56,387 nucleotides of DNA from an uncultured Treponemataceae bacterium (GCA_964485395.1 CAZAJF010000012.1:1-56387), one strand, 5' to 3'; positions 8,805 through 19,261 are shown, counted from the stretch's first letter. The notes: generated from the sequence alone by a model not told the origin. Made by a program: numbers and translations.

Positions 8805-9365
8805 CTACCGGAAGCGGTACCGGACTCCCAATCCTCCACCCCACGATAATTCCGTTTTCGGGAACACGTACATGCCGATGCCCGCTTCCAGGAATAATTC
8901 CAGCGGAACGGAAACGAAGCGATAATCGAGACCGAGCGGTATGCGGAGGCCCAGCTTCACGCCGTCGCTGCCAAGCCCGAGCTCCGCGCCTAAACCGAAG
9001 AACGGAACGATATCGTGGCGCTGGATTACAAAAGAGCCCGGCAGGGTAAATTGGTAATTTCCCTGGAACAGCATCGCAAAGCGGGTGCCGTCCACGCCGG
9101 AAAAATCCCAGGCTGCCTTGAAATCAAGCAATGAAGTCGGCGATAGATCCATTCCAAAGGTTATGCCGATAGGTTGTCCGAGAAAAACACCCAAGCCGTA
9201 GGCGGAATAGGGAGCTTTAAACGGCTGATTTTCCGCATCCGACGACCTGGTACCTTGTTTAACCGTTCGTTTACCCGCCGTTGACTTCTTGGAGGAAGAC
9301 GGCTCGGAAACCAGGAGGGTCGATGCGCTGACTAGAATGACGAGAATCAAAAAAAATCGTTTCAT
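8805..9365 (-). CDS. outer-membrane beta-barrel-like protein with signal peptide
   Basis: N-terminal signal peptide (MKRFFLILVILVSASTLLVS). Alternating hydrophobic beta-strand pattern with a C-terminal ...RYRFR. Resembles the OmpA-like beta-barrel / porin family 1. Confidence 0.6.
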   Translation of the reverse strand: MKRFFLILVILVSASTLLVSEPSSSKKSTAGKRTVKQGTRSSDAENQPFKAPYSAYGLGVFLGQPIGITFGMDLSPTSLLDFKAAWDFSGVDGTRFAMLFQGNYQFTLPGSFVIQRHDIVPFFGLGAELGLGSDGVKLGLRIPLGLDYRFVSVPLELFLEAGIGMYVFPKTELSWGGGLGVRYRFR

Positions 9366-9420
9366 AGCCGGATCATAGCAGATACTCGATTAATATACCA
9401 GTTTAAGATATATTCTCCGC

Positions 9421-10269
9421 ATGCTTGCAAATTACCATACGCACTGCGATTTCTGCGACGGAAAAACTACTGCCGCCGCAATGGCAAACAGAGCCGCGCT
9501 GGACGGTTTTAAAATCCTTGGATTCAGCTCGCACGCCCCGCTGCCCTTCCGGACCGAATGGAACATGGATACTGAGGATCTGCCGGCCTACCTCGCGACT
9601 CTCGAGGGGCTCGTAGCGGAATATTCCCCCGAAATGCGGATTCTGCGGGGATTGGAGATCGATTACATAGAAGGATACTGCGGTCCCCGCGAAGAGCGTT
9701 TCGCATCACTGCCCCTCGATTACCGCCTGGCTTCCGTGCATTACGTACAAGGCACCAAACCTGACGGGGCCGGATTGTTCGCCGTTGACGAAAACCTTGA
9801 GGATTTTACCCAGCATATAAAATCGAACTACGATGGCGACGTCTATCGATTGATCGAAGATTATTATTCTGCCATCGCCTCATGCGTCCGCGCGGGAGGC
9901 TTCGATATGCTGGCCCACTTCGACCTGATTCGCAAAAACAACCGCGACGGGCGCTTTTTCAGCGAAACGGAAACCCGATACAAAGCAGCCGCCATGATGG
10001 CCGTGGAGGCGCTTGCGGGAACGGAAATAATCGTCGAGATAAACACGGGAGGAATGGCGCGCGGGAAGACGGACAGCCCCTACCCGTCTCTGTGGATTCT
10101 CAAGGAGATGCGAGTTCGGAACATACCGGTCTGCATCAACTCCGACGCGCATGACGTTCAGCATCTCTCGGCTTTCAGGGAAGCGGGGGTCGTACTTGCG
10201 CGGCAAGCGGGTTATGAACGGCTCACCGTTTTAACGGCTTCAGGCAGGCAGGCGGTCGAGATTATGTAA
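9421..10269 (+). CDS. PHP-family phosphoesterase (histidinol-phosphatase HisJ/HisK family)
   Basis: PHP motifs YHTHCDFCDG, SSHAP and SDAHD. Confidence 0.8.
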   Translation: MLANYHTHCDFCDGKTTAAAMANRAALDGFKILGFSSHAPLPFRTEWNMDTEDLPAYLATLEGLVAEYSPEMRILRGLEIDYIEGYCGPREERFASLPLDYRLASVHYVQGTKPDGAGLFAVDENLEDFTQHIKSNYDGDVYRLIEDYYSAIASCVRAGGFDMLAHFDLIRKNNRDGRFFSETETRYKAAAMMAVEALAGTEIIVEINTGGMARGKTDSPYPSLWILKEMRVRNIPVCINSDAHDVQHLSAFREAGVVLARQAGYERLTVLTASGRQAVEIM

Positions 10270-10385
10270 AACGGGCCGCCTCGCGTGGAATCCACCTGAA
10301 GCGACCCGGATGGTACATGGCTGTCGGAGCAGGTATCGACGCACAAAGTCCAGCGATTACTTGCTATCTAACGATTGCGCACAAC

Positions 10386-10742
10386 CTACCGGTTGCGACG
10401 CTCGTCGCTCCGTTGGCAGTCTATGCATAAAACGGCATACGGCAACGCCACAAGACGTTCCTGGGGAATTTTTTTGGAACACTGCATGCACAGACCATAG
10501 CGGCCCTGCTGAATGCGAACGATTGCCGCTTCAATCGACTTGAGTCGCTTGATATCCTGGGCACCGAGGGCTTCTATCATCTTGCGGTCTACATCGTCGG
10601 AGGCTACGTCGACAACGTCCTTAGGATCCATTTCTTCGACGATGGCGCGAAAGTCGGCATTGGTCGTTACAAGCTTATCGAGTATTTCCTGCCTCATCGC
10701 AGAAAGCGAATCGCGCATCTTTTCGGTAAATTCCTTGTCCAT
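10386..10742 (-). CDS. DksA/TraR family C4-type zinc-finger protein
   Basis: 118 aa with coiled-coil N-terminus and CMQC...CIDC zinc finger. Strong AGGAGG RBS. Confidence 0.85.
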   Translation of the reverse strand: MDKEFTEKMRDSLSAMRQEILDKLVTTNADFRAIVEEMDPKDVVDVASDDVDRKMIEALGAQDIKRLKSIEAAIVRIQQGRYGLCMQCSKKIPQERLVALPYAVLCIDCQRSDERRNR

Positions 10743-10865
10743 GAGAAACCTCCTTATGTAATCAGCAAGACTCGGTGTCGGGCGGCAGTATCGCGTTTGT
10801 TGCCACCGGCAAGCGCCTCACTATTCACAAAACCAGCACGCATGTCAATTACCCGATTTGGCATG

Positions 10866-10894
10866 TTGACACTGAATGATGTAACTCATACTAT
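10866..10894 (+). promoter_or_regulatory. near-consensus sigma70 promoter upstream of infA
   Basis: TTGACA (10866-10871), 17 nt spacer, TACTAT (10889-10894). Confidence 0.55.
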
Positions 10895-10971
10895 TATATC
10901 GTTCCGGGCATGCAGTTCAATACCGAACCGCAAAAAGAATTTCTTGCCCCAATCATTGATCTGGAGGAAAT

Positions 10972-11190
10972 GTGGCCAAAGAAGAAGCCATCGAAGTAGA
11001 GGGAGTCGTGCGCGAAGCTCTCCCCAACACAATGTTCAGGGTAGAGCTCAAGGCCGGGCACGTAATCCTGGCGCACCTGTCCGGGAAAATGCGCAAACAC
11101 TATATCAAGATTGTTCCTGGCGATACGGTAAAAGTAGCTTTGTCTCCCTATGATCTTACCCGCGGCCGCATCATCTATCGAGAACGCTGA
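10972..11190 (+). CDS. infA: translation initiation factor IF-1
   Basis: 72 aa [73 protein letters not shown] start 3 nt after GGAGGA. Confidence 0.95.
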   Translation: MAKEEAIEVEGVVREALPNTMFRVELKAGHVILAHLSGKMRKHYIKIVPGDTVKVALSPYDLTRGRIIYRER

Positions 11191-11714
11191 TCCGCATACT
11201 TCAATAATACCCAGGTAGCCCCTCCACCACCCAAGTCCGAGTCTGCAAAGCCGGTTCTGCCTGCGGAGGGGCGACGCTCCAGCCACAGGCGCACGACATC
11301 CGCCAGCACAGAGCCCCGTTCGGAATGCAAGCCCTTACCGTGTATCACCAGCACCTTACGCAGCTTCCTGCTCTCCGAAAGCGTAAAAAAATCGTCGAGC
11401 GCGTCTTCCGCCGACAGTACCGTCATGCCATGAAGGTCCAACACCGCGTCTACGGGCATCCTGTCCACTTCTTTTTTCGTATAATACCGATGCAGGCCGT
11501 ATTCCACCTTGGATTCTTCATCGCCGTCCTTGTCGACGACTCCATAGTCCCGGATCCACTGGCTTTGCAGCTCATGGATTCCGGGCTTTTTTTTGTCTTT
11601 CTTTATCTCCGGACCGGCCGGTGGAGCTTTTTGAGGTTTCTTGGCGCTATCGCGGGTATCCTCGCGTCGTCCGCGGAGGGCGTCCCAGTCCTTGAGTATA
11701 TCGCCAAAGTTCAT
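11175..11714 (-). CDS. Smr-domain protein
   Basis: C-terminal Smr domain ([18 protein letters not shown]...VIHGKGLHS). ATG at 11714 (MNFGDIL); the ORF track extends to TTG 11777. The 3' end overlaps infA convergently. Confidence 0.7.
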   Translation of the reverse strand: MNFGDILKDWDALRGRREDTRDSAKKPQKAPPAGPEIKKDKKKPGIHELQSQWIRDYGVVDKDGDEESKVEYGLHRYYTKKEVDRMPVDAVLDLHGMTVLSAEDALDDFFTLSESRKLRKVLVIHGKGLHSERGSVLADVVRLWLERRPSAGRTGFADSDLGGGGATWVLLKYADQRSR

Positions 11715-11858
11715 GGTAGTTCGGAAATTATAACGGAATAAGCAGTCATACGGCCTCGTCTCTCCAGAAAACAGCAAGAAATCTGTAACGACCCGGCTGG
11801 CATCAATCGTCCGGCGCGGGCTATAGTTCGATTCGCCGCGCGCATCGAATCGAATCTG

Positions 11859-13649
11859 TCAGTAAAATGTAACATCCTGCTCCAGGATCCAACCGTTGCG
11901 ACCGTCGGAAAACGCCGCCAGGAACCAGGGGGACACGGATTTCTCGACCCGGCCGCTGAAACCCGGAGGCGCCACGAAGGAAACCGTCGACATTGCCGAA
12001 GGTACGATTCGCACGACGCTCCCCGTAGTTACGAACAAGGGACGTGCACGCTCCGCAAGGGAGAGAAGGCCGCATATAGTACACAAAAGGAACGACACGA
12101 GCAAGACAGCGGCAAAGAGCCGGGATTTTTGCCGATCTCTGCGTTTTTTTACGATCATAAACCAAGCCGCTCGCAGTGCTATGCCAAGGATCATCAAGCC
12201 CGGAATCGCGCCGATAAGGAAAAAAACTCCAGGTGCCGGAAGCAAGGAAACGGGTCTTTCCGGAAAACCCGACAGTGCGGAAGCCAAGTCGAGCAGCCGC
12301 GAAACATCGGCACGAGGCCAGAAGCCCCGCTCCAAGGGCAGCAGCATCGCGTTCATTTCATCCACCTTGCCGTTCAACAGCAGCAGGGACGCGAAGATTT
12401 CCTGCTCCTTCGGGCTCATATCCAGGTTTTCCCGCCGCTTGGACATCGCGCTTTCCAAGGCTTTTGCGTATTTTTGCGCCTCGGTAAATTCCAGCGCATC
12501 GCGCCACTCAGGGCTCTTTTTTACAAAAGCCGACAGAATAGAGATAAGCTTCCGCGAAACCGAAGGGTCGATTTCCGGCGCAACGTTTTTTTTCCCCTTG
12601 ATGGTTATGGAAATTTTACGTGGGGAATCCGTGTCTACGGTCCCGGAGACGGGATCGAAAAACCTGACGGGATCCATGCGGACTTTATAAACCCCTTCCT
12701 TGGCCGCGTAAAAACCGGTACGGGAATTGACGGTGCAAAACCAGGCGCTGCCTCGCACGGACATGCTGATCAGCGGTTTCGATACCGCCTCGAGGTCGAT
12801 GGCGACCGCCTGTCCCGAATTTGTTTCGCGCGTCAAGGCGAGATTCGGCATTTTTACATGAATTGGGATTCCGGGCCCTTCCACACGAATCGAGAATGGA
12901 ATGAAATCCCCGACTTCGGCATTGAGCGTTTCGCACTCTATCGCAATGCCGAACCGGCCTACGCCAAAAACACCGCCGGCCGAAGCGGGAAGGCTCCGCA
13001 CGGATATTTTCTTGGGATCGAGGAAATATTTCTTTCCGAATGCTGAGATGCCGGTGGCCGGAAGGGAAAAACTCTCGCGGGAGGAAATTAAAAGCGCCTT
13101 GCCGTCCGCAGACATTTCCGAACTGGCGTTTTCGATGCCGGGGACGCCGGGGAGGTCGAGGATTTTCCCGTCCGATCCGATGGCTCGCACGATGAACTGC
13201 TGAAATTGCCAAACGCTGCCGGGAGCGTTCCATTCCGCGCGTTCCGATACGGGCGGCAAACCGGAAACGCCCTGTACATCGATGCTCCACGAACCCAGAT
13301 TCCTTTTTTTGCCGTCGATCGAAACTTCGAGGTTGGCCAACTCCCACCTGCCGGGCTTCAGCGCCAGAAACCTGAATACCAGGGAGCTCCCCCGCGACGA
13401 CTCATTCGCGGAAGGCCGCACGTCCACCCCAAGAAAGCGCAAGCCCTCCTCCGCGACCGGATCCGGAACCGCGACCGTCGCGGGATCGACTCCGGGAATT
13501 TCCGCGAGAACTGCGAATTCCGCGCCCGCCGTCGGCAGTTTCGGCTCGATCGAGACGGAGGGGTCTTCCTGCGAATGGGAAATCTGCGTAGAAAATATAA
13601 CCAGCGCCAGTAACAGCGGAAGTTTTCCCGCGATTGTCTTTTCATGCAT
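11859..13649 (-). CDS. BatD-like protein of the aerotolerance operon (signal peptide, C-terminal TM)
   Basis: About 596 aa. Signal peptide, long extracytoplasmic region, TM plus basic tail near the C-terminus. ATG at 13649 with GGGAGG RBS. It is the last gene of the MoxR/VWA operon. Confidence 0.6.
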   Translation of the reverse strand: MHEKTIAGKLPLLLALVIFSTQISHSQEDPSVSIEPKLPTAGAEFAVLAEIPGVDPATVAVPDPVAEEGLRFLGVDVRPSANESSRGSSLVFRFLALKPGRWELANLEVSIDGKKRNLGSWSIDVQGVSGLPPVSERAEWNAPGSVWQFQQFIVRAIGSDGKILDLPGVPGIENASSEMSADGKALLISSRESFSLPATGISAFGKKYFLDPKKISVRSLPASAGGVFGVGRFGIAIECETLNAEVGDFIPFSIRVEGPGIPIHVKMPNLALTRETNSGQAVAIDLEAVSKPLISMSVRGSAWFCTVNSRTGFYAAKEGVYKVRMDPVRFFDPVSGTVDTDSPRKISITIKGKKNVAPEIDPSVSRKLISILSAFVKKSPEWRDALEFTEAQKYAKALESAMSKRRENLDMSPKEQEIFASLLLLNGKVDEMNAMLLPLERGFWPRADVSRLLDLASALSGFPERPVSLLPAPGVFFLIGAIPGLMILGIALRAAWFMIVKKRRDRQKSRLFAAVLLVSFLLCTICGLLSLAERARPLFVTTGSVVRIVPSAMSTVSFVAPPGFSGRVEKSVSPWFLAAFSDGRNGWILEQDVTFY

Positions 13650-13703
13650 CAAAGGACCTCCCTGACAGGCTGTTGAAAAAGCCGGTTGATTTTCGACACC
13701 CTG

Positions 13704-15317
13704 CTAATGGTCGTTCCCCGTTCTTCGCTCGGAGGTGAGCCCCGGAACGAACAGCTCGGTATGGGCTTTCCGGGAAAGGCTGAACATGGCGGCCTCGCTG
13801 CCCGGGCCATCCGTCGCGCGCGCCCTCTCCTTCGCGGATTCCGATTCCTTCTGGCGCCGTGCGGACAGGGAAAGCTCGTATGCCCGGCAGGCGTCCGGGT
13901 CGGAAGGAACGAGCAGCAGCGACTCCCTGTAAGCCGCAAGCGCGTTGTCGTACGATTCCATCTTATGCCAGGCCAGCCCCATATTATACCAAGCGGCGGC
14001 GGCAAGGGATGCGTCGCCCGATTTTGTTATTTTTTCATACAGCGGGAGGGCCGAGTCGAATTCGCCGAGGGCGACGAAGGCGTTGGCCACGTTGTACGAC
14101 AGGGATTCCTCCTTATTCGTTTTTTCCGCGGAAAGATAAAGCGCTATCGCCTCGTTGTACCGGGAATCGGAGAACAGCGAATTGGCCTTCATGACCCCAA
14201 AATCCTCGGAAAGCCTCCCGCAGGAAAAAAAGAGCGGCAACAGCGACGTAAAGACCAGGATCGCCGAAACCTTTCCCCTTTGTTTCGTCGGCGGCTTGGA
14301 GGCGGTAAAAGGCGCGGAGAGGATTCCCGCGAACAAAAGGCTTATCGCGGCGGCGAGAATACAATAATACTGCAAGCTGGCCGGAACCGCCGTGCTTCTG
14401 GCGCGCCCCAGCAAAACTGAATTTTTCAAGACGTAGTCGATTACGAAAGCGAGGGAGCCGGATGCTTCGGCCTTGGCGTACTCGCATCCGGAAAGAATCG
14501 ACCATCTCCGCATCTCCGCATCGTTGGACGCGAGCAGCACGGGATTGCCCTGCAAATCGCGGACTTCGCTGCCGTCCGGAAGAAAAACCGCCGAAGGGAC
14601 GGAACCGCCAAGACCAACGATGCACAGGTGGACTCCGGACTTTACGACAGCCTTGCACGCGTCGGCCGCCTGCAAGCCGGTATCGTTGCCGTCCGTCAGA
14701 AGAACGATGACGCGGGCGAGCCCGGCCCCGCCTTTTCTGTTGGCCGCAGACAGGGCTTGCCCCACATTGCTTCCCGAGCTGGTCATCGCGTCCGGCGTCG
14801 CCCACGACAACGCGTCCTCGAACGCCAGAACTGAAGAAGTAGGCGGCACGAGCAGCACGGACGTGCCTTTGAAGGCATACAGCGCGTTCCTGGTTCCCGG
14901 GGTAGCCGCGACGATGGCTCGGATGAACGAAGCCGCGACGGAAAGCCGGGTATCGGCTCCGTCCTTTGCAGCCATGGAATTGGAAACGTCCAGCACGAAC
15001 ACCGTTTCCACGTCGCGAACCTGTTCGGTGACGTAGCGGGTGCCCAGGGAAGGATCCACCAGGGCCAAGACCGAGGAAACGTAAAACACAGCTCCCAGGG
15101 CAAAGGCCGCCGCCCTTCTTGAACGGAAGGAGGCCCACCGGGCGGCCTCGACCGGGGAATAATTCCCGGAACAGGCGCGAATTTTCGATAACACCCGCAA
15201 GGCTATGACCGCGTAGGGAAGGATTCCGGCGAGCAGGATCAAAAGGAAGGGATGCTCGAAGGTCACGCTATGCCCCCTACCAGAAGGTTTCGGCTTACCC
15301 AGGAGAAGGCCGCGCAT
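13704..15317 (-). CDS. VWA-domain plus TPR-repeat membrane protein (BatB/BatC-like, fused)
   Basis: N-terminal TM helices, VWA MIDAS motif (VFVLDVSNSM) and C-terminal TPR repeats. Confidence 0.7.
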   Translation of the reverse strand: MRGLLLGKPKPSGRGHSVTFEHPFLLILLAGILPYAVIALRVLSKIRACSGNYSPVEAARWASFRSRRAAAFALGAVFYVSSVLALVDPSLGTRYVTEQVRDVETVFVLDVSNSMAAKDGADTRLSVAASFIRAIVAATPGTRNALYAFKGTSVLLVPPTSSVLAFEDALSWATPDAMTSSGSNVGQALSAANRKGGAGLARVIVLLTDGNDTGLQAADACKAVVKSGVHLCIVGLGGSVPSAVFLPDGSEVRDLQGNPVLLASNDAEMRRWSILSGCEYAKAEASGSLAFVIDYVLKNSVLLGRARSTAVPASLQYYCILAAAISLLFAGILSAPFTASKPPTKQRGKVSAILVFTSLLPLFFSCGRLSEDFGVMKANSLFSDSRYNEAIALYLSAEKTNKEESLSYNVANAFVALGEFDSALPLYEKITKSGDASLAAAAWYNMGLAWHKMESYDNALAAYRESLLLVPSDPDACRAYELSLSARRQKESESAKERARATDGPGSEAAMFSLSRKAHTELFVPGLTSERRTGNDH

Positions 15318-16252
15318 GCTAAGGCGAGGGCTACGAACAGATATGCGCGCGAACTTCCGGTTCGCGTTTTGGTATCCGGGACCGGGGCGGCGTACCGGGG
15401 GCCCAAAGATGACAGGATGCGGGACAATTCTTCGGCCCCGGCCGCATATCGATAATTGCCGCCCGCCGCCGACGCGATTTCCTTGAGGCTCTCCTCGTTG
15501 AAACTGGATTGGTACGCCCCGGACAATTGTTCTCCGCTTGAGGGATCCACGTACTCGATGGAAGTGGTCCCGCGGGTGCCGATTCCCACGACGGTCAGGA
15601 AAATCCCGGCTCGGTACATTCCGAGGGCTATGTCCAGCGGGTGGATCATGCCTACGTTGTCTTCGCCGTCCGTTATCAAGACGACTGATTTTTTTTTGCC
15701 GTCGCTGCGTTGGATATGGCCCAATGCGCTGGCGAGCCCCAAGCCCACGGCGGTTCCTTCTCCCAGCATTCCCGGTTTCAGGAGGTCGAGCCTATCCAGC
15801 ACCGCGCGGTAATCTCCCGTGGGCGGGCAGGCCAGGGAAGCCTCGCCGCCAAAGGCGACGATCCCTACGGAAGTGCCGTTGTCCTGCAGGAGGTAATCCT
15901 TCACGAAGGATACGGCCGCCTTGAGCCGGCTGGACTCCATATCAAGGGCGGCCATGCTCGGAGAAACGTCGATCGCGAAAATTACGTCCACGTCCCGCCC
16001 GGGAGCCATGGATACCGGCTCGTCGAGGTAAGGGCCGGATAAGGCCATCACCATGAAAATCCAGGCAAGCCCATACCCGAGTACGCTTGCCCGAACCATG
16101 AGGACCAGGAGAGCGCCGGGACCGGGCATCAGCGATCCGTTCCAAATATCCAGAGGCAGGGGAATTCCAAGCCGCCTGCCTCGAAAAAGCAGGATTATCA
16201 GCAGGGGAAGAGGTACGAGCAGGAACAGCGAGGGATGTGAAAATAATATCAT
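15263..16252 (-). CDS. VWA-domain membrane protein (BatA-like)
   Basis: Two N-terminal TM segments and a VWA domain with DVIFAIDVSPSM MIDAS motif. ATG overlaps the upstream stop (ATGA). Confidence 0.75.
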   Translation of the reverse strand: MILFSHPSLFLLVPLPLLIILLFRGRRLGIPLPLDIWNGSLMPGPGALLVLMVRASVLGYGLAWIFMVMALSGPYLDEPVSMAPGRDVDVIFAIDVSPSMAALDMESSRLKAAVSFVKDYLLQDNGTSVGIVAFGGEASLACPPTGDYRAVLDRLDLLKPGMLGEGTAVGLGLASALGHIQRSDGKKKSVVLITDGEDNVGMIHPLDIALGMYRAGIFLTVVGIGTRGTTSIEYVDPSSGEQLSGAYQSSFNEESLKEIASAAGGNYRYAAGAEELSRILSSLGPRYAAPVPDTKTRTGSSRAYLFVALALACAAFSWVSRNLLVGGIA

Positions 16253-17184
16253 GAGCTTTCACCGCGCCTTTTTTTTTCCGGGCTCGAAGCCCGGCTGCCG
16301 GGCAGCGCGTTCTCGAGGCTATCCACCGCCTCCCGGGCATCCTTCACCGCCTGAGGAAGCCGGCTATCCGCAAAGCCCGCCCAGCGCACGACATCAGCCC
16401 GCAGAAAGATGCCGGCCAGGGCGTCGTGACCGCCGCCAGGAATCAAGTCCGGCGCAAGGCAGGAAAATTCCCTGGCCGTCAACGCGGGCAACCCGGTGAG
16501 CGCCGGTGAAAAATCGGCATTGCCCGTCAGCCGAAAACCGATATAGAAGCGCAAGGCGCCGCAGAGGCGTTTCCACGAATCGGGTCCCGAGTCCCCGCTT
16601 TTCTCCAATTCCGAGAGGGTTTGGAGAAAAGTCCGCCGGGCCTTGAAAATACTTCGCCGGATAAAAAATCCGGCCAATATCCTGGGAAGTACAAAGGCCG
16701 CCAAAACCCCCGACAGCGCTATCGCCAAGAGCAGCCCCACAAAAAGATAGATCCGGATGCGCATGCCCGGGAGCTCTTTCTGCGCGCGCGGCGGAGGGAG
16801 GGAAGCGTCCTCCGACAGGGAGGAAACCGTCGTAAAGGGAATAGCCGGCAAAATCTCGGTCCCGGCCTGCATAGACGGCAGGGTCCCCGGTCCTACCTGC
16901 CATGCGATGAACGTCAGTGTATAAAGATAGTAACCGGTTTGTTTTTTCAGGAGTATTTTTTCCACGGACGGAGCAAGTTTCCTTAACGCCCCTTGTTCCG
17001 GCTTCAATACCCCTTCGGGCAGGCTGCCGGAAAGCAGTTCCAGCCGGGCAAAAACCTGAACCTTCATGCCTGCCGTGAAGCTGGCCGGGGAAAACTCCGT
17101 TGAAACGAGCTTGAGCTCCGCGTATAAAGGAACGGCGCATAGAAGAAGCAGGAGAACCGCCGCAAGGCGGGCGTCACGACGCAT
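16249..17184 (-). CDS. membrane protein of the Bat cluster (signal peptide plus central TM), function unknown
   Basis: ATG at 17184 gives signal peptide MRRDARLAAVLLLLLCAVPLYA. Central TM IYLFVGLLLAIALSGVLAAFVL. Lies between DUF58 and the VWA genes as in Bat operons. Confidence 0.5.
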   Translation of the reverse strand: MRRDARLAAVLLLLLCAVPLYAELKLVSTEFSPASFTAGMKVQVFARLELLSGSLPEGVLKPEQGALRKLAPSVEKILLKKQTGYYLYTLTFIAWQVGPGTLPSMQAGTEILPAIPFTTVSSLSEDASLPPPRAQKELPGMRIRIYLFVGLLLAIALSGVLAAFVLPRILAGFFIRRSIFKARRTFLQTLSELEKSGDSGPDSWKRLCGALRFYIGFRLTGNADFSPALTGLPALTAREFSCLAPDLIPGGGHDALAGIFLRADVVRWAGFADSRLPQAVKDAREAVDSLENALPGSRASSPEKKRRGESS

Positions 17185-18079
17185 GGTGGCCACCGGTTCT
17201 TGAATCAAAAAATCGGATCAGATGAAAGGCCGGATCGTCCTCGGGGCCAAGCTCGAGGGTGGCGACTTTGGAGGCCGCTATCGCCGACAGCCATGTCATC
17301 CGCTCCGCTTCGGCAAAGGCTCTTCTCGTTTCCTGCGCCTCCGCCATGCCGGTGGCGACAAGCGATCGCCGCGATGTTTCCGAGTCGCAAGCGCGGATAA
17401 GCATGCGCGCACCTGGTATTTTTTCATCGGAGGGATCCTTCAGCCGTACGCAGACGACATCGTGCTTCCGCGAGAGCCTGGCCAGCGGGAGCGCGTAGGA
17501 AGCGGAGCGAAAATCGCTGAAGACCATGATGAGGCTCTTTGAGGACAGGTGCGAGGAGACAGCGTCCAGGGCCGCGGCGAGATCGGTTCCGTATCCGGAC
17601 GCGGGAACTTGGTTTACGAGGATATTCTCTATCAGCGTACGGATGGCATGGGTTCCGGATGCGGGGTCGCGGTGCCAATAGTCCCGTTCCGGCGACTGTG
17701 GAATGCCAAAGAACATGGCGCCCACCTTATGGCCGTGCAGCATGCAGGCGTACGCCAGCAACGCCGCGGTCAAAGCGGCCGTATCCGCTTTTGTCTGGCC
17801 TTTGCCGAAGGCCATGGACGACGAGCGGTCCAGCACGAGGTACACCGGCAATCCCCGTTCGTCCACATAGTCCTTGACGTAGGTTCTGCCCAGGCGAACC
17901 GTGGCGTTCCAATCTATGCGCATGGCATCGTCGCCCGCCTCATATTCCCTGAGCGAGTCGAAATCGATGCCGCGCCCCCGGAAGGCAGACCTGAAATTCC
18001 CATAGAGCAAGGCACGTGACAGCATGGAGGAGGAAATTATGAGCCTGCGCATCGCCTTGCGTCGCGAAGCGTAATCCAT
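17174..18079 (-). CDS. DUF58 protein (MoxR-associated)
   Basis: The DUF58/VWA-like pattern GRGIDFDSLREYEAGDDAMRIDWNATVRLGRTYVKDY...LVLDRSSSM. Confidence 0.8.
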   Translation of the reverse strand: MDYASRRKAMRRLIISSSMLSRALLYGNFRSAFRGRGIDFDSLREYEAGDDAMRIDWNATVRLGRTYVKDYVDERGLPVYLVLDRSSSMAFGKGQTKADTAALTAALLAYACMLHGHKVGAMFFGIPQSPERDYWHRDPASGTHAIRTLIENILVNQVPASGYGTDLAAALDAVSSHLSSKSLIMVFSDFRSASYALPLARLSRKHDVVCVRLKDPSDEKIPGARMLIRACDSETSRRSLVATGMAEAQETRRAFAEAERMTWLSAIAASKVATLELGPEDDPAFHLIRFFDSRTGGHHAS

Positions 18080-19173
18080 CAGGGTACCGGAACCGCCGCC
18101 AAAAGGGCACGGACGATGGAATCGCTGTTTACGCGATCGGCTTCCGCCTCATACGAAGGAACGATGCGGTGACGCAATACGGCGGGGGCCGAAGCCTTGA
18201 TGTCATCGGGCAATACGTAATTCCTGCCCTCGAGCAGCGCAAACGCGCAAGCCCCCCGGAACAAGGCCAGGGATGCGCGGGGGCTGGGACCGAATTCTAT
18301 GTAGCGGTCCAATTCGCGGTAGGACTGGGGCCGAGGCTCGTCGCTTCGTAGAAGCGCGTTTCGCTGAAGTGCGCTCCGAGGGAAGTTGGCTTTCGGAGCG
18401 GCTCCGCCGGAACCGTTTTCCGGAGGCCGAGCGGCGCGCACCAAGGCCACGGCGTAGGAAGCCAGCGCGGGATCGATGCGGACCCCTCGAAGCGCGCGCT
18501 TCAAGAGGATCAAATCCACGCTTGACAAGGCCGGAGGCGACGACGTGGACGGGCTTGCCTGCCCCGAGTCCGCGCCTTTGCCATATTTGAGCACGACGTC
18601 CAGCTCCTCGGTCTCGGTCGGATAGTCCACCAGAAGCTTGAGCATGAAGCGATCCAGCTGCGCCTCGGGCAGCCGGAAGGTGCCTTCGTGCTCGATGGGA
18701 TTCTGGGTAGCCAGCACAAAAAAGGGATCGGGCAGCTGAAGGGTTCTGTCACCCATGGTTACCTGGCGTTCCTCCATGGACTCGAGCAAGGCGGATTGGA
18801 CTTTTGCCGGCGCCCGGTTAATCTCGTCCGCCAGGATTACATTGGCGAAAACAGGTCCCTTGCGCGGGGTAAACTGGGCAGTCTGGGCATCGTAGAACAA
18901 CGTGCCGGTGATGTCGCCTGGAAGCAGGTCGGGGGTAAATTGGATGCGCTTGAACAGCAGCCCGAGCGCTTCGGAAAAGGTGCGCACGGCCAGGGTCTTG
19001 GCCAGGCCGGGGACTCCCTCGAGAAGCACGTGCCCTTCGCATAAAAGCCCGACGAGCATTCCGCTTACCAGGTCGTGCTTTCCGATGAGCCTCGTAGCCA
19101 TGACGGAGCGTAAACTATTCAGCAGAGCCTTTGCCTGATCAAAATCCGCATTTTCGGTGTTTTTCAAATCCAT
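18079..19173 (-). CDS. MoxR-family AAA+ ATPase
   Basis: Walker A context LLEGVPGLAKT, MoxR signature FKRIQFTPDLLPGDITGT, Walker B ILADEINRA. Confidence 0.9.
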   Translation of the reverse strand: MDLKNTENADFDQAKALLNSLRSVMATRLIGKHDLVSGMLVGLLCEGHVLLEGVPGLAKTLAVRTFSEALGLLFKRIQFTPDLLPGDITGTLFYDAQTAQFTPRKGPVFANVILADEINRAPAKVQSALLESMEERQVTMGDRTLQLPDPFFVLATQNPIEHEGTFRLPEAQLDRFMLKLLVDYPTETEELDVVLKYGKGADSGQASPSTSSPPALSSVDLILLKRALRGVRIDPALASYAVALVRAARPPENGSGGAAPKANFPRSALQRNALLRSDEPRPQSYRELDRYIEFGPSPRASLALFRGACAFALLEGRNYVLPDDIKASAPAVLRHRIVPSYEAEADRVNSDSIVRALLAAVPVP

Positions 19174-19233
19174 ACATGCCCCTTGTGGAGAGATCGGCCT
19201 CGAGGTCTATGCCCTATTTTGCGAGTTACGCAT

Positions 19234-19261
19234 TTTATACGGGAACCGATCAGGGATTCAA
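19234..19261 (-). promoter_or_regulatory. sigma70-like promoter of the Bat/MoxR operon
   Basis: Minus strand reads TTGAAT, then 16 nt, then TATAAA. It lies about 55 nt upstream of the moxR ATG. Confidence 0.4.

Noticed and set aside
12129-15138. Long antisense or alternate-frame ORFs (12129..13046 +, 13686..14420 +, 14113..15138 -, 14473..15036 +) inside the Bat operon
   Set aside because: Arg/Gly/Pro-rich low-complexity translations typical of wrong frames in about 63% GC coding DNA. They overlap well-supported VWA/TPR/BatD genes.
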